32,000 nt of DNA. Origin: Copranaerobaculum intestinale (GTDB taxonomy: Bacteria > Bacillota_I > Bacilli_A > Erysipelotrichales > Erysipelotrichaceae). Within the stretch, counting starts at the first letter, position 1. Each line of letters opens with the position of its first letter. Shown in pieces: positions 16,753 through 23,780 of this stretch. The translations under genes and the position numbers were made by a program. The stretch spans positions 60,001-92,000 of the forward strand of contig NZ_WUUQ01000001.1 of assembly GCF_009831105.1 (NCBI RefSeq), read 5' to 3'. The notes beneath the pieces were generated by a model that was given only the letters and a program-made list of their open reading frames with translations, ran no database searches and was not told the origin of the DNA.

Positions 16753-17613
16753 ATGATTATTGATATGCACATTCACCCAATTTACTATGAGAGCATCTGC
16801 GGTGATCCAAACGAAGAAGCCTTTCGTTCCAAAGCGTTCGGAGTCTATAAACAGGCACCTTACGGCTATGAGGAAATGTTTGCGGAAATGGATTATGCAG
16901 GAGTGGACAAGGCGGCCCTGCTTCCCCTCGATCTAACCACCACCGAGGGCGGAGCGGTTGTCACCAATGAGCAGATCGCAAAGATCATCAGCGAGCAGCC
17001 GGATCGTTTTATCGGATTTGCCAGCGTTGATCCGCGCCGCAAAGATGCGTTGGAGGTACTTGATCGAGCTTTCGGCACCCTCCAGCTGAAAGGCTTGAAA
17101 CTAAACCCGGCCAAGCAGCATTTTTTCCCGGACGATCCAATCATGAAGCCAATTTATGAGAAATGTCTGGAATATCATAAACCAATCATTTTTCATGCCG
17201 GTCTAAGCTGGGAGCCGAATGCAGTTACGGAGTATGCGCATCCGCTGAAATTTGAACGGGTTGCCATCGAGTATCCGAATCTGCGCTTCTGTCTGGCTCA
17301 CTTTGGATGGCCGTTTGTTCGGGAGACAGTCATGCTGATGATTAAATATCCGAATGTCTATGCCGATACATCCCTTTTGTATCTGGATTCTCCCGAAGCA
17401 TCAATGAAACGATTATTTACCATAGACATGGGCCCTTTATGGGCAGACCGCGCTTTAGCTAAACAGATCATGTTTGCTTCAAACGGTCCGCGTTTCCGCC
17501 AGTTCAAACTATTGAGAGGACTGAAGCAGGTGGAAATGCGCGATGATACAAGACAGAATATCTACTACCGCAATGCGCTTGCTTTCCTTGGAGAGGAGGA
17601 TGCATATGACTGA
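16753..17613 (+). CDS. Amidohydrolase-2 family (TIM-barrel metal-dependent hydrolase/decarboxylase superfamily)
   Basis: 286 aa with an N-terminal IIDMHIHP (HxH), then FHAG, LAHFGWP and a YADTS Asp. GGAGGTG RBS. Confidence 0.7.
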   Translation: MIIDMHIHPIYYESICGDPNEEAFRSKAFGVYKQAPYGYEEMFAEMDYAGVDKAALLPLDLTTTEGGAVVTNEQIAKIISEQPDRFIGFASVDPRRKDALEVLDRAFGTLQLKGLKLNPAKQHFFPDDPIMKPIYEKCLEYHKPIIFHAGLSWEPNAVTEYAHPLKFERVAIEYPNLRFCLAHFGWPFVRETVMLMIKYPNVYADTSLLYLDSPEASMKRLFTIDMGPLWADRALAKQIMFASNGPRFRQFKLLRGLKQVEMRDDTRQNIYYRNALAFLGEEDAYD

Positions 17614-18034
17614 TTTACACACCCTATCCTGGATGAGCAGGAAACCGGAAGAATTCCATATGATCACCGATGAGGTACATCATATCGTATCCGAAAGTCC
17701 GATAAAAAACGGAATCGTCTTAGTCATGACCGCCCACACCACCACCGGCATCATGGTCAATGAAGGCCTCCCTTGTGTAGAAACGGATATTATGGATACC
17801 CTCACCCGTATGGTTCCGGAAGATAATAACTATATGCATGCACACTTTTTACCATCGTATGGCGCAACCGGCAATAATTCAGTAGGTCACATTCGCAGCA
17901 TGATCTGCGGAAATCACTGTATCTTTCCGGTAAAGGATGGAAAGATCATATGCGGAGGCGCCCAGGATATCTACCTAGTAGAATTCGACGGGCCGCAGAC
18001 CCGCAAGGTTTATATACAAGTAATGGGAGAGTAA
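17606..18034 (+). CDS. yjbQ: YjbQ/UPF0047 family protein (annotated elsewhere as secondary thiamine-phosphate synthase)
   Basis: 142 aa from the ATG at 17606 (GGAGAGGAGGA RBS; ATGACTGA overlap with the upstream stop). Family-typical motifs are HTTTGIMVNE and GHIRSM. The track ORF start at 17543 lies inside the upstream gene. Confidence 0.75.
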   Translation: MTDLHTLSWMSRKPEEFHMITDEVHHIVSESPIKNGIVLVMTAHTTTGIMVNEGLPCVETDIMDTLTRMVPEDNNYMHAHFLPSYGATGNNSVGHIRSMICGNHCIFPVKDGKIICGGAQDIYLVEFDGPQTRKVYIQVMGE

Positions 18035-18046
18035 TCTCCCTTTTTT
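18025..18046 (+). terminator. Rho-independent terminator of the six-gene operon
   Basis: GGGAGA-GTAA-TCTCCC followed by T6. The stop codon lies in the loop. Confidence 0.75.
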
Positions 18047-18141
18047 ATGTCCATGAAAGAGGGTGGTGTTCTCTTTGGTGGTATCATCCCAAGCATATGT
18101 ATATAATTGAAATATACTACTGTGATCATTCATCCTGATAC

Positions 18142-18165
18142 AAAAAAACACACCTTTCGGTATGT
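18142..18165 (-). terminator. Rho-independent terminator of the 150-aa membrane protein gene
   Basis: Minus strand: ACATACC-GAAA-GGTGTGT (one G-U pair) followed by T7. Confidence 0.7.
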
Positions 18166-18618
18166 TTAGGAAGCTAATTTACGATATTCCTTTAAAGAAA
18201 GAACTTTTTTACCGTTCTGCTGATACTCAGCAGCCTTTTGTTCCTTAATGATCTCGCTGGCTTCCTCGATCAGATCGTCATCGCGAAATAAATATTTTGG
18301 AAGCGGTGCGTCCGGGTGTTTCCGCTGCCAGTTACGTTTTGCAAGCATCACATAGAGACGCCACAGGGCAATCAAAGCAATCAGTGCACCAAATCCTCCA
18401 AACGGTGAAAATAAGCCGTACTTAGCGGTTACCAGCCAGCACATCTGTAATCCGATATAAAAGAACATCCCGCTGTAATTATGGCTCATATGTTCATTAA
18501 TTAGTGCTGTTGCTACCGGAAACTCTGCTTTTTCATAGCGGAAATGCACCCCGTCGTCCTGTACACTGCGCGTCCCGATAAAGATCGGGGCCTGGATGAA
18601 TTTACTTTCCTGTTCCAT
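18166..18618 (-). CDS. Hypothetical membrane protein (two central TM helices, charged C-terminal tail)
   Basis: 150 aa with an AGGAGAA RBS and its own terminator. The hydrophobic core is GMFFYIGLQMCWLVTAKYGLFSPFGGFGALIALIALWRLYV. I recognise no family. Confidence 0.55.
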   Translation of the reverse strand: MEQESKFIQAPIFIGTRSVQDDGVHFRYEKAEFPVATALINEHMSHNYSGMFFYIGLQMCWLVTAKYGLFSPFGGFGALIALIALWRLYVMLAKRNWQRKHPDAPLPKYLFRDDDLIEEASEIIKEQKAAEYQQNGKKVLSLKEYRKLAS

Positions 18619-18711
18619 ATCATTCTCCTATAACACGTCATATAACATCATATCTTAAACAGAGTATAGCACACCTTTTCCTGCTATGGCAAGTATGGAA
18701 TTATGATAAAC

Positions 18712-18740
18712 TTGTAAAAACAGGATAAATCCAGTATACT
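18712..18740 (+). promoter_or_regulatory. Sigma-A-type promoter of the GntR gene, overlapped by a near-palindrome
   Basis: TTGTAA (18712-18717), a 17-nt spacer, then TATACT (18735-18740). CCAGTATACTTGG (18731-18743) contains the palindrome AGTATACT. Confidence 0.5.
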
Positions 18741-18782
18741 TGGGTTATAAATGTATATTTTTTCATAAGGGAGTGGGATACA

Positions 18783-19511
18783 ATGAAGTTAAATGAAGAA
18801 TCTTTAACACCGCTTTATCAGCAGCTGATGGAAGACATCAAAATTGCGATTGAAGAAGGCAAGTATAAATATGAGGATAAAATACCATCTGAGCCGGAGC
18901 TCAGTGAATCATACAGTGTCAGCCGCATCACGGTGCGCCGGGCAATCGATGAATTGTGTAATGAGGGTTATCTTATTAAGAAGCAGGGTAAGGGTACCTA
19001 TGTAAATAAACCCAAGCTGCTGCGTAAAATAGAACAAGCAGATGATGTGCAGAGCTTTTCAGCCGCATGCCGGGCCAACGGTATGAAGCCGGGAGCGAAA
19101 GTCATCGGCATACAAAAGCTTCCTTCCCGTAAGGATGAACAAAAATTCATGCATTTGGATGAGGGAGACAGTGTCCTGTATCTGCAGCGTGTATTATCTG
19201 CAAACGGCGAACCGATCATGCTGGAAAACAATTATTTCAACTATGAGAAGTTTCATTTTCTGGAAAATGAAAAGCTGGATAAAACATCGCTGTTTTCGTT
19301 GCTGCGGGAAAAATATAACATTGACCCATCATCAACTAAGAAGTGTACGTTAGAAATTGTACGGGCTACCAGTACCAATGCCAAGCTGCTTCATGTTGCA
19401 GTAGGCGAGCCGCTGTTCTTCATGACTGCCTACTTTACCGATGCCTCAGGCACGCCGCTGTTCATTGGACGGCAATACATCGTAGGCAGCCGCTACATGT
19501 TCAATATATAA
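18783..19511 (+). CDS. GntR-family transcriptional regulator, HutC subfamily (wHTH + UTRA effector domain)
   Basis: 242 aa. The N-terminus is LYQQL..DI...I..G.....DKIPSEPELSESYSVSRITVRRAIDEL..EGYL.K.QGKGTYV, and the C-terminal length is typical of a UTRA domain. Confidence 0.85.
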   Translation: MKLNEESLTPLYQQLMEDIKIAIEEGKYKYEDKIPSEPELSESYSVSRITVRRAIDELCNEGYLIKKQGKGTYVNKPKLLRKIEQADDVQSFSAACRANGMKPGAKVIGIQKLPSRKDEQKFMHLDEGDSVLYLQRVLSANGEPIMLENNYFNYEKFHFLENEKLDKTSLFSLLREKYNIDPSSTKKCTLEIVRATSTNAKLLHVAVGEPLFFMTAYFTDASGTPLFIGRQYIVGSRYMFNI

Positions 19512-19517
19512 ACAAGG

Positions 19518-19542
19518 GTCTGCTCAATAGCAGACTTTTTTT
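19518..19542 (+). terminator. Rho-independent terminator of the GntR gene
   Basis: GTCTGCT-CAAT-AGCAGAC followed by T7. Confidence 0.85.
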
Positions 19543-19639
19543 ATGGATTAGCTTATGGAATAAAATCCCCTCGATTTCATCATAAATAGGTTTTTGAGAC
19601 GAAAATATGATAGGGGTTTCATTTTTTAACTATATAATC

Positions 19640-19668
19640 TTGACAAACGTCTTGACTACTGGTATTTT
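19640..19668 (+). promoter_or_regulatory. Sigma-A-type promoter of the YfcC-type transporter gene
   Basis: TTGACA (19640-19645), a 17-nt spacer, then TATTTT (19663-19668). This leaves a leader of about 190 nt before the ATG at 19866. Confidence 0.5.
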
Positions 19669-19683
19669 ATATATAACGATATA
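19657..19683 (+). promoter_or_regulatory. Candidate operator elements shared with the 12.4-kb promoter
   Basis: TACTGGTATT (19657-19666) is identical to 12449-12458. TATAACGATATA (19672-19683) matches the palindrome at 12429-12440 at 11 of 12 positions. Confidence 0.45.
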
Positions 19684-19865
19684 TTACGTCTTAGCTCATA
19701 TTAGCACATCATAGGAAGGGCCGCTTCTATCCATCATTGCCTGGACAATGTGCTGATAAGACGAATCATGAAGATGATTGCGTTATCGTTCGCCGATTCT
19801 GTTGGCTGTATGGCAGGATTCAATAAGTAATACATACAGTAAAGGGAAATAGAGGAGGAAAATTT

Positions 19866-21314
19866 ATGACGACTGAAGCTGTAACCCCAAAGAAGAAAAA
19901 GAAAAAGTTTGAGTTACCCCACGTCTATACGATCGCATTTGGATTGATCATCTTCTTTGCTATCCTTACATGGGTCGTGCCAAGCGGTTCCTTCGATCGC
20001 AAGGTTGTTTCGACGGCAGCCGGTGATCGTGAAGTCGCTGTTGCAGGTACGTATCATGAAGTAGCGAAAGTTGATAAGGATGGAAATGATCTGCGGCAAG
20101 GTGTTGATGCAGTATTGATGGCACCGACCAAAGGTATCCAGGCCGCTGCGGATGTTGTAGCATTCGTTTTATTAATCGGAGGAACATTCCAGATCATCAC
20201 AAAAACAAATGCTATCAACGCCGGTATGAGCCGTGTTATCAAGAAGTTAAAGGGCAAGGATATTATGATTATTCCAATCGTTATGACCTTGCTGAGTATT
20301 GGCGGCAGTACCTTCGGTATGTCCGAAGAAGCATTGCCGTTCTATGCGATTTTCATGCCGATCATGATGGGTCTTGGATATGATTCCATGACCGCCTTCA
20401 TGATCTGTTTCATGGGACCGCAATTAGGTTATTGTGCATCGACCGTGAACCCGTTTAACGTATTGATATCTCAGGGTATCGCCGGTATTTCCGGTAATCC
20501 GCAGTTATGGTTCCGTGCCATTCAGTGGGTGATCTTCACGGTTCTGGGTATTATCTGGGTTATGTGGTATGCCCGTCGGGTTAAGAAAAATCCAAAATCA
20601 TCAGTTACCTATCATGATGATATTGAAAAGCATAAGGAATTTTCCGTTAATGAAAGTGACGTTGATATACCGTTTACCACCCGTCACAAATTGGTTCTGC
20701 TGGTGTTTGCCGGCGGCATGGGATTGATCGTCTTTGGCTTGCTGAATTACGGCTGGTACATGGATGAAATCAGTATGGTCTTCCTTGGCATGGGGCTTTT
20801 AGCCGGTATTGTCGGCGGCTTACGTGAAAAAGAAATGGCTGAACAGTTTGTAACTGGTATGAAAGACTTCGCTTATGCGGCTGTTATCATCGGTATCGCC
20901 CGCGGTATCTTGGTCGTTGCCGAAGGCGGTATGATTATTGATACGATCCTGAACTCGCTAGCTACCGTATTGGCAGGAGTTCCAACCTTCATTTATACAA
21001 CGATGATGTATATTGCGCAATCTATCTTAACAATCCTGATTCCATCCTCTTCTGGATTAGCCGCTCTGACAATTCCAGTTATGGGACCGCTTACCGAACT
21101 GATGGGTGTTAACCCGGAAGCATCAGTTACTGCCCTGCAGTATGCAAATCAGGTTATGAACACCGTCAGCCCTACAGCTGGTATGACAGTTGCCGGATTG
21201 GCAGTATGTAAGATTTCATTCCCACAGTGGTGGAAAACTTGTTGGAAGTTTGTTCTGTTATTAACCTTATTAGGATTGGTATTTACCGCAATTTCCGGTA
21301 TGCTTCCAGTATAA
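19866..21314 (+). CDS. YfcC/DcuC-superfamily anaerobic carrier-type transporter
   Basis: 482 aa with more than 10 predicted TM segments and a Lys-rich cytoplasmic N-terminus. The overall layout (PKKKKKKFELPH..., then GGSTFGMSEE, then IPSSSGLAALT) is typical of YfcC-like proteins. AGGAGGA RBS. Confidence 0.75.
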   Translation: MTTEAVTPKKKKKKFELPHVYTIAFGLIIFFAILTWVVPSGSFDRKVVSTAAGDREVAVAGTYHEVAKVDKDGNDLRQGVDAVLMAPTKGIQAAADVVAFVLLIGGTFQIITKTNAINAGMSRVIKKLKGKDIMIIPIVMTLLSIGGSTFGMSEEALPFYAIFMPIMMGLGYDSMTAFMICFMGPQLGYCASTVNPFNVLISQGIAGISGNPQLWFRAIQWVIFTVLGIIWVMWYARRVKKNPKSSVTYHDDIEKHKEFSVNESDVDIPFTTRHKLVLLVFAGGMGLIVFGLLNYGWYMDEISMVFLGMGLLAGIVGGLREKEMAEQFVTGMKDFAYAAVIIGIARGILVVAEGGMIIDTILNSLATVLAGVPTFIYTTMMYIAQSILTILIPSSSGLAALTIPVMGPLTELMGVNPEASVTALQYANQVMNTVSPTAGMTVAGLAVCKISFPQWWKTCWKFVLLLTLLGLVFTAISGMLPV

Positions 21315-21320
21315 AAGACA

Positions 21321-21347
21321 AAAAGAACCCAATTGGGTTCTTTTTTT
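21321..21347 (+). terminator. Rho-independent terminator of the transporter gene
   Basis: AAGAACCC-AATT-GGGTTCTT followed by a T run. Confidence 0.85.
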
Positions 21348-21559
21348 GTTCAATTTTCATATATAACATTATCTTTTTGTACAAATTATAGCCTTAGGGG
21401 TTGTTTTTTTGTGCCGCACGGACTATGATGTATCCATAAATGTACATTTTTATATATTATTTTAATAAAATGAACGTTTTTATAAGGGTTATTCTATTTA
21501 AATGTATTTATTGTGAATAATATTATATTTTATGAACATTAGAGAGGAAAATCAAGACT

Positions 21560-22645
21560 ATGAAGCAAGCAATTTTATTTACTCCGGGACCGCTGAATAC
21601 TTCATCAGAAGTAAAACAGGCGATGCAGTTGGATTTGGGAACCCGTGATCAGGAGTACATGGATCTGGTAAAGACAATACAGCATTCACTATTGGATATT
21701 GCCGAGGCGGATTCAGATGAATATGCATGTACCCTGCTTCAGGGGTCGGGAACGTATGGTGTGGAAAGCGTGTTGACGACCTGCATCAGCAAGCAGGATC
21801 ATTTATTGATTCTCGCCAATGGAGCGTATGGGCAGCGAATGGGTCTTATCGCTCAGAAAGCCGGTCTGCCGTATACGCTGATAACGTTTGATATGCTTCA
21901 TCCGATTCCCCTAGATCAGGCAGAGGATTATATCAAGGAAGCATCTTTCACGCACGTTGCGTTTGTGCACAATGAAACAACGGCGGGAATTCTGAATCCG
22001 CTGAACGAGCTGTATCAGCTGGCATCCCGCTATCACAAACAGGTAATTGTCGATGCTATGAGCAGCTTCGGTGGAATCCCCATTTCGCTGCGGGAAACCC
22101 CGGTTGATTATTTGATTACCAGCAGCAATAAATGTCTGCACGGCGTTCCGGGCATTGCCATTCTCTTTTCCCGCATTTCTTCACTTGAACAATGTGCAGG
22201 CAACTGCCCGTCGTTATCGCTCGACCTTTATGAACAGTATCGATTCATGAAGGATAACGGCGGATTCCGCTTCACCTCACCTACTCATGTGCTATTGGCC
22301 CTTCATCAAGCGCTGCATGATCTTCAAGCAAGCGGCGGTGTGCTTATGCGTAATCAACGATACTGTAACTTGCAGAAGCGTATTTCCGGCTTTATGCGTG
22401 AACTGGGATTTCAGCTTCTGGTCGAGCCCGCTTATCAGGCTCCGATCATTACTACCTTTGCGATTCCTGATACCATTTCTTTTTCATCACTCTATGATGC
22501 TTTAAAACAGCAGGGCATTCTGCTGTATGCCGGTAAGCTTCCGGGAATAGAAGCCTTCCGCATCGGCAATATCGGAGAACTAAGTGATGATGATATTAGC
22601 TATTTTATGACTTGTATGAAACAGTATATGGAGGAAATTAAATGA
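21560..22645 (+). CDS. phnW: 2-aminoethylphosphonate:pyruvate aminotransferase
   Basis: 361 aa. By eye it aligns with Salmonella PhnW throughout (LFTPGPLNTS, LLQGSGTYGVE, NGAYG, HNETTAGILNP, VDAMSSFGGIP, PLP-Lys SSNKCLHGVPG, SLSLDLYEQ, FRFTSPTH, FRIGNIGE). Confidence 0.9.
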   Translation: MKQAILFTPGPLNTSSEVKQAMQLDLGTRDQEYMDLVKTIQHSLLDIAEADSDEYACTLLQGSGTYGVESVLTTCISKQDHLLILANGAYGQRMGLIAQKAGLPYTLITFDMLHPIPLDQAEDYIKEASFTHVAFVHNETTAGILNPLNELYQLASRYHKQVIVDAMSSFGGIPISLRETPVDYLITSSNKCLHGVPGIAILFSRISSLEQCAGNCPSLSLDLYEQYRFMKDNGGFRFTSPTHVLLALHQALHDLQASGGVLMRNQRYCNLQKRISGFMRELGFQLLVEPAYQAPIITTFAIPDTISFSSLYDALKQQGILLYAGKLPGIEAFRIGNIGELSDDDISYFMTCMKQYMEEIK

Positions 22646-23775
22646 AACTGGAACACTTTATCAAGCAGCTTCAAAGCCTGTCGATAACCACAGTAACCGG
22701 AATCCCGGATTCCCAGCTGAAAGTCTTCTGTGACTATATGAATCATGAAGGTAAGGAAATTTTCAACCATATCGTACCTGCGCATGAAGGAGCAGCGGTT
22801 GCGATCGCGGCCGGCAGTTATTTAGCCACCGGTCATCCAGCATGCGTCTATATGCAGAATTCAGGTATCGGAAATGCTTTGAATCCGATTGCTTCCCTGA
22901 TTCATAAGGACGTGTATGAAATACCGATGTTGTTTTTGATCGGATACCGCGGTGAACCCGGTATCAAAGATGAACCACAGCATATCTTTCAGGGGCGCAT
23001 CACCGCTCCGTTATTCGATGTGTTCGAAATACCCTATGCGTTTCTGGGAAAAAACACTTCAAATAACCAGTTGGATACGATTTTTCAGGAAGCAGGCAAA
23101 ACCCTTTCTTCAAACCATCCATACGCCATCATCGTCGAAAAGGATGCATTTGCCAAGGAAATATCACATCCTTATCAAAATAAGTTTATGATGAAACGAG
23201 AACAAGCAATTCAAATCATTCTCAGTAAGCTGGATCATGATACGATTATCGTATCAACGACCGGAAAAATATCCAGAGAAGTTTATGAACAGGGAAAACG
23301 CCTTGGGCTAGAAGACGGACAGTGCTTTTTAACCGTCGGCTCGATGGGCCACGCAAGCATGATTGCCTATGGTATTGCGCTGCAAAAACCAAATCGCAGG
23401 GTGATCTGTCTGGATGGAGATGGGGCAGCGTTCATGCATATGGGCGCCTTAAAATTTCTGGGAACAGAAAAACCTGCCAATCTGATTCACATCATCTTTA
23501 ACAATCAAGCACATGAATCAGTCGGCGGAATGCCGATCGGTGCTCCTGATAGTGATTGGACGACAATAGCCGCAGCCTGCGGCTATCCCAACACCTGCCG
23601 TGTTCAAAATGAAACTGAATTACATACGTGCATAGATGTATTACTGCATCAGAAAACTCCCGCCCTTTCCCTGACCGAAGTGCAGGTCGCACTTGGCTCG
23701 CGAGACGATCTGGGACGGCCCAAAGAAACGCCGATCGAAAACAAGTTGATGTTTATGAAGAAACTGAAAGGATAA
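22642..23775 (+). CDS. ppd: Phosphonopyruvate decarboxylase (ThDP-dependent)
   Basis: 377 aa. The N-terminal ...TVTGIPDSQLKVFCDY and the ThDP motif LDGDGAFMHMG...NN are present, and the size and position next to phnW/pepM fit. Its start overlaps the phnW stop (ATGA). Confidence 0.85.
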   Translation: MKLEHFIKQLQSLSITTVTGIPDSQLKVFCDYMNHEGKEIFNHIVPAHEGAAVAIAAGSYLATGHPACVYMQNSGIGNALNPIASLIHKDVYEIPMLFLIGYRGEPGIKDEPQHIFQGRITAPLFDVFEIPYAFLGKNTSNNQLDTIFQEAGKTLSSNHPYAIIVEKDAFAKEISHPYQNKFMMKREQAIQIILSKLDHDTIIVSTTGKISREVYEQGKRLGLEDGQCFLTVGSMGHASMIAYGIALQKPNRRVICLDGDGAAFMHMGALKFLGTEKPANLIHIIFNNQAHESVGGMPIGAPDSDWTTIAAACGYPNTCRVQNETELHTCIDVLLHQKTPALSLTEVQVALGSRDDLGRPKETPIENKLMFMKKLKG

Positions 23776-23780
23776 AGATT

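Noticed and set aside
17950-18138. 62-aa plus-strand ORF spanning the end of yjbQ and the downstream spacer
   Set aside because: It is out of frame with yjbQ, crosses the operon terminator hairpin and has no RBS.
19675-19865. Known riboswitch or T-box identity for the transporter leader
   Set aside because: I could not find the T-box conserved sequence, a specifier-loop/AGAGA arrangement, or the core consensus of the lysine, glycine, TPP, SAM, purine or guanidine riboswitches. There is also no terminator/antiterminator pair. It is kept only as an unclassified structured leader in the findings.
21362-21373. TATAACATTATC upstream of phnW, considered as a third copy of the TATAACGTTATA operator-like palindrome
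   Set aside because: It matches at only 10 of 12 positions and has lost the palindromic symmetry. It sits in a very AT-rich spacer, and the companion TACTGGTATT motif is absent. This is insufficient to tie the phosphonate operon to the putative GntR regulon.
23628-23780. The upstream 51-codon extension of the pepM fusion ORF given in the track (start at 23628)
   Set aside because: The extension lies entirely inside the 3' end of ppd in another frame and translates to an Arg-rich nonsense-like peptide. The ATG at 23781 has an RBS and begins exactly at the conserved cytidylyltransferase N-terminus MKNVYV...HEGH.
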